A stretch of DNA of 62,768 nucleotides, filler included, from Catajapyx aquilonaris (lineage: Eukaryota), in assembly GCA_000934665.2 (NCBI GenBank). It is 2 parts of 2 records of this genome, joined end to end, with 100 filler letters (N's around TTAATTAATTAA, not from the genome) between each part and the next. Parts side by side here need not be neighbours in the genome. Positions count along the whole stretch, not along the records: positions 1 to 31,342 come from JYFJ02004540.1; 1 more part is not named here. One strand, given 5' to 3'. Below the pieces are notes generated by a model. It had not been told where the DNA came from, made no database searches, and saw nothing but the letters and a program-made list of their open reading frames with translations. Below, in pieces: positions 12,108 through 23,000 of this stretch; the first letter of the stretch is position 1, and each line of letters begins with the position of its first letter. A program made the position numbers and the translations under genes.

Positions 12108-14700
12108 TACCATTTAGATTTGTGTAGAGTAATGTGCAGATGCAATGGCATTGACAGAAGAAAATGCGACCTCAGGAGATGTATTGTCTGACTGTCAGGA
12201 TGCTTCTGTGGTATGCAGCATATTTTGCTCTGCATGTCTGTGCTAGTTCTCTACGCCTTTGATGTTTAGTCTTAGTCAGATTTTGCCGAGATCTAAGACA
12301 ATTTTGAGAAACCTATATGGGCTTGAAAATTAAGTGCAGGTATGCATCAGGGTGAATCTCTCGGGCGATCGCCTCTAAGTTGGGCTGCCAAGAATGTAGG
12401 TTACCGGATGCCAAGAGCGCCATTCGCTGAAGTGGAAATAACACCTTCACACTTTGAAGGCCAGTTAGACTGATCACCTGGGGGCTGGGGCTATTCCGGT
12501 GTGATCGAAAATAGTGTTAATAATTCTTCAAGTTGGTAAGAATAGGCCTATGCTGTTGCTCTAGTTGTGGCTGAAACCCAGGGCATTCTCTATTGATTTG
12601 TGGGGAGGGGAATACAGAGTGCTTTCCTTGCGAATTAGCAAATTCATTAGCCATTGTCACGGGATGACCTGCAGCAGGGTTATCGCGTGATAACCGCAAA
12701 TCAATCACCGGGGGCGCCAATTGCCGATTCCTAGTGTCGTATTGCGCTTTCGATGGCGCTTTATTGTGCTGCTATACTTCGTTCTATGTAATTATGGTGA
12801 AGAGTCGCCAAATTATTTCGCGGCGAAAATGGTCGCTTAGATTCGAAACGACAAAAAATCTGCGCACTGGGCTCATCAGCATTTATTGCTACAATTAATG
12901 TCATTTTCATTCCTGCTAGTTACAATGTATTCAAAATACATTAGGAGGGGAAAAAACGGACCAAATTGTTAAACCTTCAGCAGAAACTTTTATTGTATTT
13001 TGAGGGGGCCGAGTCATTTTTATGGCCCTGTAACTGCCTCGGCCTGTCAATTCCTAAATGCTAACTAATGCAGTTATGTTAATTAGTCATTAGTGCAGTT
13101 CAAAATGTAAACGTAGCAACAACATGTTTAAACAAGTTGGAAGCACAAAGTTTACATTTGAAGGGAATGTTGCTTATTTTTTCTTTTTCTTCTAACGACT
13201 CTTTTTTGTCAAATGTTACGGTTAAATGGCATGAAAATGCGCCCGAAGATGTATGCTGCACACGTTTCACGCCATGACCCCCCGCAGCACTTGCAGTCAC
13301 CCATAATATTTGAGTACATGTCGAGCACGGCTGCCAAATAAGGTACAGAGCCAAGTTTTTGGAGAGCACTGAGCACCATGCTCGATATTAGGACGTCATT
13401 TTGAAAGTACCCTGACGTGAACAAATTGTGGAAAAATGAGTTCAGCTTTTATTGGATCGTTGCCGGTGACGCGGTAATTTGGCAACGTCCATAACCTACC
13501 CCCCTCCCCCTCCCATCCCACCGCCATCAACACCCCCACACTTTCTCTATCCTGTTACTTCAGCCATGGAAACAATGTTAAGATATCGTGGGGTTTGTGT
13601 TCGAAACGGATTTTTCATTTGAAAATACACAATCGGTCAATGGAAAAGCTGGTACCATATCCATTACCTTTGATGAGGATGAGGACGACCGGAAGTGACG
13701 TAACAGCATGCATTTTTGAACAGAGCTGCCAGAATTGGGGTGCTCATTGTGAGAGTGGGTCGGATAGAAAGAAGAGTGTCTTCAAGGACCAGACTTATCT
13801 CCTGCACTGACACTTTGATCAATCATTCTACGTTGATTTTTGTCAAATTCTCTCCCGATGCGAACGAATGTTGCGAGGGAGAACATTCATGCGAGGCAAA
13901 CAGGAGGAGTGGAAGGAAGCCGTTATTGACAGGAGGATCGCGTCCTCAAATTCCTCAGAGGTTGGAAACGATGAGAGCTGGATGGAAGAGGAAGACGAAG
14001 GATAAAAAATGGCATGTAACAGAGAAACGTACAGCACTTTCCCCACTATACACAAATTAAAGCACGACGGAGCTTGAAATTTAAGGCATTATTAGCTCTG
14101 GTGCACATTTTCAAACGTGGCAATGCTACTGTATATTGCCAAGGCCTTTACTTTCTTTTAAGTGGCCACTTACAGTGCTGTCTCTGGTTCGGGACGCGCG
14201 CGTCAAAGGTTATTGTCATACCTGACTTTGATGGCTCCTCTTTTTAGTGGCAAGAATATTGCGGAATTTTGCTGGAGCGGAAAACGGGTCAATTCATTAT
14301 GTGACCTAACTGAGTGGCTCAAAAAATTTTAAGAACCTAGAATGTGAAGAATATTACTTTTAGCAAGGCTCCATAGCAAATGAGAAGAAAATGTTCCCTT
14401 CGCCCTCCAGACACTTTCTACAGCGCAGCGGTGTAGCAGAAGATATCAGCGTTCGATCAAGAATCTGGATTTCAGTCTGTTGGATATAAAAAAATTCACA
14501 GATATCGGAAAATACGCTATTACGGAAAGTGTGATACAAAACTAGCGAAATCACACTGATGGATGTCAATGTGTTATGTGTATTTTCTATTGTGGAAGTG
14601 GTTCTGATATGCGTATATATAATCTTAAGATTAATACAGTATACTGATTGGTACGACTTTTTCATCTTATAATAACAATATAATATATAGGAGAGCCTAA

Positions 14701-15122
14701 ACCGAAGCAGTGGTAGCGGAGGGGATTTGGTATCCGACTGCTAATCGGGAGGTCCTGGGTTCGAACCCCGGAGGCCGGCGATCCTGACCTTGGTTTTCTG
14801 TGGTTTCCCAAGGTCGCTCCAGGAATAATTTCCGGGATCGTACAGTAATATAGGCCACAACCGCTTCCCTCCTTTCCCTGTCCTGGAGGAGATGCGGGTC
14901 AGTCGGGGGTTTCTGACCCGCATCTAGGGGGCCATCTATGGCGAACGGACCCCCTGAGGGACTGCACACGACCCCCAACTTGAGACATTGCACATGCACC
15001 AGTGTCCCTCCCTCCTATCCCTACCCTGTCCCTGCACCAGCTACTGTACAATAATAATAACAAAAATAAAGGTCCGTGTGATATACCCCCAGTTGGGGGT
15101 GAAAGCACTACCCCAGTTATTA

Positions 15123-15164
<42 letters not shown>
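14701..15164 (+). mobile_element. Full-length tRNA-derived SINE with (TTA)n tail
   Basis: Pol III A-box-like tagcggagggg (14714-14724) and B-box ggttcgaaccc (14758-14768). Anticodon-like arm tccga-ctgctaa-tcggg and T-arm ctggg-ttcgaac-cccgg. (TTA)n tail about 15118-15164. Perfect 15-bp TSD tataggagagcctaa at 14686-14700 and 15165-15179. Confidence 0.92.

Positions 15165-15166
<2 letters not shown>
15118..15166 (+). repeat. (TTA)n microsatellite (SINE tail)
   Basis: About 15 tandem TTA units directly before the 3' TSD; this explains the poly-Tyr ORF 14988-15179. Confidence 0.9.
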
Positions 15167-15168
<2 letters not shown>

Positions 15169-18100
15169 GGAGAGCCTAAGCCTGATCTGTCATCGAATAT
15201 TATGATGTTGGACACCGGAACACTAATTGAGTTCTGGCTTATCTGTCGCAGATTGTTAGACCATTTACGTTTTCGCGTGCACACATCAGAAATCCTATTT
15301 TATGCAAGTTAGGTAAAATCGACTATAAAATACATCATTGATGAAAAGTGAGCTATTCTATTAACTAAGTGGAGATCCCTAGCCGAGGATAATGTTGGTC
15401 CTTCAACAAGCAAAACAAACAAGGCAGAAACGTTTGAACATTGTGCAACAAGGCCGAGATTATTCGTCAAAAACTGACAAAAACCAGGATCATGAATAGG
15501 TCTTCCTGAAGTCAGAATGCTTCGTTTATGAGCCAAAGCGTCTAATATATGAAAGCTAATTTAAACTACCGGAATACCCTTGAACATTTCCTTGACGCAA
15601 TTTTCTACTTGGCAGAACAATCGCATCCATAAGGAAGTTGTGGACAGTTTGACACACCAGACAGCAGTTTCAGCATCTCTGTGAAGGATCCATATAAATT
15701 CGTAGCAGAAGTTTGTTAGATTAGGTGCGAAAGCAAACATTCAATTCCCACCAGCAACATTTTCGCCCCTGATAAATGTTTACCAGTAGCGATTGTATCA
15801 TTTCCATCTTTCCTGAAGCTGTCAGCTCCAGCAATGGATGTTGCCCCCGCAGTCGCATTACGGCGGCCCCCTACATGTGTCACTGTCACCGATAAGGAAG
15901 GTGTTTAATGGTCAGTTGTCGCCAGTCGACGATGGACTCTGAGTGCTCGATTAAGTTCCCACCGTGTGCATTTTTTATGTATGCAATCCTTTTTGACCTT
16001 CGCCAACAGTTTTTCCTTCCTTCCTTCCTTCCTCTTCTTCTTCTTCTTCAAGGGAAGTTACGAAACATAATGGACGAGGCGCAATTTAGCAGAAAGGAAG
16101 GGAAAACAAGGATCGTTCCATATGGATGGCTAATTTTTTCCAGGGACTCCCTGGTCAATCTAAGGACGCCTTGAGATGTTTAAGAAAGTTGCAAGTCCAG
16201 CAGAGGAGACAAATGAGTCGCTTGTGCTGTTGGCTCCCGCGGCTGGAATTAATCGAGCAAGGCTTGAGCGAAAACACGCATAATGTGGTGAATATAGCTG
16301 ATTGCACGATTGAGCTAGGAAACGGGGAAAAAATAGGCCAAAAAAAGAGAGTTGAAATGAAGCATGAAATTTTGACAGATACAAGCGCGATTAATATCTG
16401 GCAAAGTTTGGTTTGCATAATGAATTTCTGCTTGGTTTGGCAAAACGAAGCGAGAGCTCCCGAATGCTGTGGAACGATGACGTGCCACCAACCCTTTTTT
16501 CATCAATGGTCCGATACGGAAAATCACATACACGTATTTTCCATTAAGACCACTTCTCCGCTTTTTGGGCGTGTCCCAAAGAGTTGCTTACGCACTCACT
16601 GTTTGATGCACTAAATTAGTCCATTTAATCGAAACGCAATGATCTGGTTCTGCCGTTTGATACCACCCGCAAGAGCTAGCAATTAAAACTGATCGAGTCA
16701 TAAACGGGATTATCGAGCTGCGTAATAATCCACCGGTTACAAAGGGAGGATTTCGCGTCTCATTTATCTACCCGAGTATACTAGCCGACCTTGCCAAAAT
16801 GTCCAACCAGCTGTGCACCGCTTAGACCGGGTCATCAGGCGACTAATAAACAGCGTTGGGACGTCAATTACTATTTTTCGGTCATTGTAGCTACGTTAAT
16901 TCTAACCCGAAAACGAGTCGCTCCTGTTGCCTACACTGTATGTAGAAAGAAATCAGTAGGGGTAAATATTATAATGTTTGAGTCAACATAATATGTGAAG
17001 TCGGCAAACAGTGGGAGGATGTAGCGAGATAATTACAATGTACGCACAAAAGCGGCATATTGCCATATGTTTGAGTTACATGAAATTTTCAAATTCGCCA
17101 TCATGATCAGATTTAAACGGTTAGGCAAACAAGTCGAATGCCCAGGTTGCTATATGCTGAGCCGTCTTGGTTGACACTAGATAAATTCTTATGTAAACAT
17201 AGGGAGAGATTGACAGGATATCCCGGATATAAGTTTATTCCTGGATACCAAAGTAGTGGTCTCATAGCGAAATTGTTATCAATTTTAGGAACTGGAGCAC
17301 CATATGAAACGAGTGACACTTGTTCATGCATACAGAGATCCTGTTCACAGACGCTGGTTTCCACTATTATTGCTCTTTACACTATTGTGATCCGCACCAA
17401 AACAAAACAAAAAAAACAGTGACAAAATAATGCATAATATATTCCTGTTTTCAAAATCAGTACTGTTGCTATGTGAAGAATATTCTTCCCATTTCTAATG
17501 AATAGCTCAGACCAATATGTCTCAGGTACAGTATTTTAAAAATGAAGCCTTTGGAAAGTTTTTAAAAATTACACCAAATGTTTTGTGCAAAACTAATCCA
17601 AAAACCTTTGCCAAATCAGGAGTCTCTTCGTTAGAAGTCATACTGAACACTTTGTAAGCACTCAGTCTAATTTTCTTCTACGCAGATGTCTAGTTCTTGC
17701 CTATACCATATGGGCTTTCAAGTGTCGTGTTCCCATGTTTAAAATGTGTGAAATTTTTCCGATTCGCTGTTACATCACCCGGCAGGGACGAGACTCTTCG
17801 TAAGACTTTTTGGCTTCCCTCAAAGTGACGGAAAAACTGTACTATTCCCACATGCAAGAGGGAAAAGTGGGACTATTTCGCAGTTAAAAGTTAGAGCTCC
17901 AAGTTCGGTCTCAAGTTCAGGTGTAACTCTATACAATGCTTGAAGTTCAAACTGCGCTGCGGAGACGTAGGTGAGAGAGAGTTGGCTTTGAGCTTCCACA
18001 GAATTTCTCACCATCCACAACCCACTGCATGATGCATCGCATTTTTTTTAACTCTAGCCTCCGAAAAGCTGTAAAATATTCCCAACATCCGACGTCACAT

Positions 18101-18882
18101 TTGCAAAGCAGTGCAGATTCCACTATTTTTTCACCCCCGCCCACTTGTGCCAGGGTAGCTTGGCCGTATGACACAACATCACGGAGTACATCTATTATGA
18201 AAGCAAGCGACACGTTCAGCCAGCGAGGCAGGCCCAGATTTGGTGTCCAAAATGGAACAGAACAGGCCGCAAAAGCTGGCTCAGCAAGGGGATATGGTCA
18301 AGCGCGTCCGATACGGGTTGCCGAGCTTCCAGGATTAATCGCCCAACGGATCCAGCCCGCTGGAACCGAATTCGAAGAAATAATGGCCTCGTCCTTTACC
18401 CTCCGGGGGACTCGCGCCATGGCATATTTTACGGAGAATCGTTCCCAAAGTTTCCTTTACCTCTAAAATAAGGCTACAATATTAGACCCCGATGAAATAC
18501 TTCAGCCGAGTCGTGTCGAATAATCCTGGGGTTCAAGAGTTTAATCGCTATGGCGCACGGTCGGGCACGAAAGAGACTATTTGGGGTTGGAAAATGAGTT
18601 GCGGCTTTGAAAATACAGAGCCATATTCGCGAGATATTTTTATAATTTTGAAACTGGCATATGGTTAAGACTCGGGATTATGTGGGATTCCTACTTATCT
18701 CCCAAAAATTTGACATGATATCAGTTTAGAGGTAAGCAGAGTCTTGGGTGTTAAAGTAGTCTTGCTGGTTGCATTTTACAGTAATGTATTTGCATACAAC
18801 GATACTATGCCATTTTTCAAATTCCAATTAAATTTCATGCATAACTCCGTAAGATTACTGTCTTCATCAATAGCGAATAATT

Positions 18883-19139
18883 GAGGCGCTTAGAACAAAA
18901 GGGGCGCAAGTTCATTCTTGCCACTTTCGAGATACGACCGCCATCACACTCAGAAGGCTACTCCAAGTTGGTGCAAAATTGGGGTAAGTCCTAAGTTGTA
19001 CGTTTGGCCAATAGTTGGCATAATCTTATTTATCCTTCAAGGAGAATTACGTACTAGTACCTATACGCCATGGAGCATTTCAGGTCAATTTTCGTAGCTT
19101 TATTTTTTTGGACTTGGGGCACTTTTGTTCTAGAGCCTC
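18883..19139. mobile_element. Degenerate MITE with GAG...CTC termini (Sola-like)
   Basis: Left gaggcgcttagaacaaaaggggcgcaagttc aligns with the reverse complement of the right end, gaggctctagaacaaaagtgccccaagtcc. Flanks are AATT and ATAT, an imperfect 4-bp target. The Sola assignment is inferred from the termini. Confidence 0.55.
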
Positions 19140-19220
19140 ATATTTTCACAAAAAAAGTTTGATTGTCAAAGTGAATTTATCCAACAATTGGAATTGATAG
19201 AAACTACATTGTACCGTATA

Positions 19221-19827
19221 CAGGGTGATCCAGAAGTCGGTACCTATTATTTCCTAATAACTTTCAAACGGGTACACCTACCGAAGTGAAACAGGGCTCA
19301 AAATGTGCGGGGATTCATAAGAATTTTTCTGGGGGACACTTCTTGCCGTTGTGGCGCTGCTAGCCGGCGCAGCTTGACACTAATTGCCGTGGTGGCGCTG
19401 CTAGCGGTGGAACCCCAGGGGAATCCCCCGGGAGAATCCCCCGGGAGAATATCCAAAGAGCCAGCAATTTGGCACGAATAAGCTTCACTGTCCTTGACTG
19501 CAGGGTGGCATTGACACCTCGTTCTCTGCGCCACCATCGCTGAACCTTGATGACACTGTCCCATACCTCCATATACGGTTAGCGATGCGCACACGGTCAC
19601 TCACAGACAGTTGGTCCGACATTTTGGCCAAGCTTCCCTCGCTAGCAGCGCCACCACGTTATTAGTGTCAAGCTGCCCCGGCTAGCAGCACCACAACGGC
19701 AAGAAGTGTCCCCCAGAAAAATTCTTATGAATCCCCGCACATTTTGAGCCCTGTTTCACTTCGGTAGGTGTACCCGTTTGAAAGCTATTAGGAAATAATA
19801 ATAGGTACCGACTTCTGGATCACCCTG
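19221..19827 (-). mobile_element. Tc1/mariner-superfamily internal-deletion derivative, about 186-bp IR/DR-type TIRs, TA TSD
   Basis: Termini TA|CAGGGTGATCCAGAAGTCGG ... CCGACTTCTGGATCACCCTG|TA. Arms 19221-19406 and 19640-19827 are near-perfect reverse complements. Each arm has two internal direct repeats (ttgccgtKgtggcgctgctagc at 19343-19364 and 19384-19405 in the left arm). Confidence 0.92.
19459..19622 (-). pseudogene. Truncated, frameshifted N-terminal HTH fragment of a Tc1/mariner-type transposase (DUF4817-like)
   Basis: From the ATG at 19622 on the minus strand: MSDQLSVSDRVRIANR, then a 2-nt frameshift, then MEVWDSVIKVQRWWRRERGVNATLQSRTVKLIRAKLLA. This matches by eye the pattern R..I...Y....S...VQR.FR..FG......TI..I..KF of such transposase N-termini. 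It starts just inside the right TIR. Confidence 0.7.
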
Positions 19828-19829
19828 TA

Positions 19830-20094
19830 TATATGTTAGGCTCAAACCCCGAAAACGGCCATTGGGCGAAAAAAAAACGTCCATACTGCAGAATGCTCTA
19901 TGCCAAATCATCCATTCCGCAGAATGGATGGCCATGTCAAACCGTCCATTCTGCAGAACGGATGGTTGGACAAGGAGCATTCTGCAGAATGCTCCATCCA
20001 TTCTGCGGAATGGATGGTTTGGCATAGAGCATTCTGCAGTGTGGACGGTTTTTTCGCCCAATGGACGTTTTCGGGGGTTTGAGTCTAACATATA
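19830..20094. mobile_element. Palindromic foldback element built from nested CATTCYGCRGAATG-like hairpins
   Basis: Left tatatgttaggctcaaaccccgaaaacggccattgggcgaaaaa...ctgcagaatgctctatgccaaa mirrors right tttggcatagagcattctgcag...ttttcgcccaatggacgttttcgggggtttgagtctaacatata. There are four internal local palindromes. Both ends carry TATA. Superfamily unresolved. Confidence 0.8.
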
Positions 20095-23000
20095 CACCAA
20101 TTTTTGATCACACATCACCATATTATAATGGGTGGTAAAAACATCAATTTGGACACACGTTTAGTTTGTTGCAGCTCATAATGTTGCAACAATTTTTTAG
20201 TGCGTGAAACATCACTTCATAATTATCTGACCCATTTTAGTGTGTTTTCACTCATAACTGATATAAAACCGTCCTTATCACCTATGCTATGTACGAAGTG
20301 AAGAAATTAATAATTCTCATCAAACCGAACCTCTCCTGACTGAGCATTAATCTGCAGAAATGATAATGACGGTATGGATAGTGGGGGACACGACTTTCCA
20401 GGAGTTACAAATGTTTCCAACTTTTCATTTCCAAGTTCATTCGAACTCATACATATTCACAGGATCTGTACTCGCGCTGCTTAAAACTTGCACGTCCGCT
20501 TTCCCTGAATCGTAATAAAATGCACATCAAGTAGAGAGAGAATCGTATTCTACAAGTGGGAATGCCATCCCACAAATCACAAGGGCCGACACCCAATTTT
20601 CACCCAAGTTTTCAAACTCGCTTCAGTCTACGTCGCCTCCTCGTCAATAATGGATTTTGTATGAGCCTCAAAGTTGAGGACAGAACTTTCGATTCTATAG
20701 TTCAACTTTCTTCCAACTCGACACCGCAGAACTGGGACAACGCCCTCTTTTCGTATTGCTCTCAGCAGCACAATCTACAGGGTGAGTCGTCATTATTTTA
20801 TTGCCAACAGTTTCTTCTGTTATGAACATGAACTATATAATTATTTGTATATTTTTCGCGATATTTAGTTAAAATGTGGAGGGCCATCCTCGAATTACAA
20901 GTATTATACCATGTAGCACAGTATACATTAATTTTCCTTCTATCGTGACACACTTCGTAACGGATCACTCAGTTGCCATTCGGGAATGGCAGGTAAACAA
21001 TTTTGTGACCTTTGACATATGTAAATATCATTGCTTATAGAGCACTGCTCCAGGAGAGTACGAAGGACCACAAAGTGATACAGAGTTAGAAGGGCAAACA
21101 CCACTTGTGACGCCCTGGGCAAAACAGGTCTTTGAATAATTCGAACCACGCGCCAGGCCCAAGATGATGCCAGGGTTGGCCTCGTTATTGTGCACAACCC
21201 TGTCGTCGCCTGGTTTCCGTGACCACGCTTTAAAAAAATATCCATCCTTTACAATTATCAGCAAAATAAGCGGCTGTCAAAGAATTATGAGCCGACCTCT
21301 ATGCATTTTTCACGCCAATTTGCGCACCCCACAGTGCACTTTGTCAGCAATATAGCGTCGCTCACGGACAGTAAAGTCCGAGTTGGCACAGTACAGCAGC
21401 TAGTTTAATTAGTCACTGCGGACTGACCTGCAAGCCAAACAGTCGGCTTTGTCTATGAAGCGTTGTGCATTTGTAGAGGAATTTCTAGTGTCTGGTAGCT
21501 GAATTACAGAGCCCACTCGCAGGCCACCATATTGTCTCCTTGGCGAACAGCATTTTCAGCACCCTCTCTGCCCAGGTTGAAACTTGCGGCTAATGTCATT
21601 TCACTTACATGCCGACCTCATTCTATCTCGGTCTTCACGGTCCGGTCCCGACAAACTTTGCTGCAAACATTCGCAAAAGCGCCGCAGGAAGCCAGTTCAA
21701 GTATTACGCAAAAGGCTATGGCGGTTGCTCAAGCGCGGGCTTAATCGGAGAAGACAGAATAGGATTACTCTAGGTTTCTCATGCAGATTGCTGTCGTGTG
21801 GCTTCAGAAAGGGACGTAAATAATTGATCCAGCCAGACTTTCACATCCACACTTGTTTGTTGCCTAGTTATCCTCTGATTCGAAGCGATGAAAGTCAGGT
21901 CTTGTGTATATAAGGAATCATTCAGGGACATTTAATTTTGGATGCGGGAGAGAACAACGTGGTATTAACGACACTTTTGGCTCGATTTGCATTATTTGGT
22001 CTCGCACCGCAGCTTCTTCACAATGCATGAGTCTGGTTCGGAAACAACGAGGCAAAGGCTGGGGTTTTGCAACATTTCTGCTACCATTTCCTGGCCATTC
22101 GTTTCATTTGGTCTCTTCAAATTCGACTCTCGTGTCATGCAACCGCCACATATACGCATGAGACACACTATTCTCTGCGAAAATGTGGACAATTGGACTA
22201 TTCATTATGCATAATCGCGAATCAGGTTGTGAAGTCTGACCCCATTCAAACATTGTTTTCATGTTCACCTACAAAAAATGGATCCATTTTACATTCATTT
22301 ATACTGCATATTGCCAGTCTATAGTATGTTACAAAAGAATATTTTCATTCGTCAGCGAACGCCCAAACAGTGGAACCCAAAGGGATACCCTATTATTCCA
22401 AATATTCACAGGAGAAACAGACGCGAATACGTATCTAGGCTCTACTGTGTGTAATGTGTAAATGAATGGATTTCTTTATAGTGAGAAGTAATTAAATAAT
22501 GCCTGCAAGCTGCACTATTTCATGGCTACAAAAGGAACGAATTTTTACATACCTACGTCACACACTGTACTATAGGAGTATATCCCAGTGCTTCGAGTGG
22601 GCTTACATCTCTAGTGACATTCATCCCAGGTTTTTAAAATCGAATGGGTATGCTGCAGCAGTTTTCTAGGATGGGTGACTTCAGGAGTGTCGAAAAAAGA
22701 ACCGTCGAAGAAATCAAAGCATCTGAGGAGATGAATTATTGCGTATGGAAAGAACTATCAGTTAATTCCCACGTTGTCCCTGTTGCCCACAGTCGTCCAA
22801 TTATACACTGAATGAAAAATCAGCTTGCAGTCCTAGAAGCCACGGTAATGCGAAAAATAGCAATAACTGATGTGAGCTCGATTCCCAACCGGCCCCAGGT
22901 TTGCTTCTGGGCTGTACTGCCCCACTGTCATCTCTCCCTCCTTCCTCACAGCTGGCATCTGTCTTTTCCAGACACCTCCAGAAATGAGGACCCGAGGGAC

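Noticed and set aside
14701..14780. Functional tRNA-Ser(GCT) gene
   Set aside because: No paired acceptor stem and no long variable arm; it continues into a SINE body with tail and TSD.
14860..14960. HDV-like ribozyme in the SINE (ggg-gcca-tcta-tggcgaa-cggac resembles the P4/J4-2/P2 end)
   Set aside because: I could not build P1, P3 or an L3 with the CC needed for P1.1 upstream; the region folds better as simple hairpins.
16126..16614. Longest stand-alone ORFs (also 18029-18466, 24483-24992, 35974-36450, 44108-44368, 55319-55833)
   Set aside because: No recognisable domain, no consistent splice chain, and lengths compatible with chance.
19756..20121. Overlapping ORFs with repeated HSAEW / SILQN motifs
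   Set aside because: They are a by-product of the palindromic DNA repeats; the same peptides appear on both strands.
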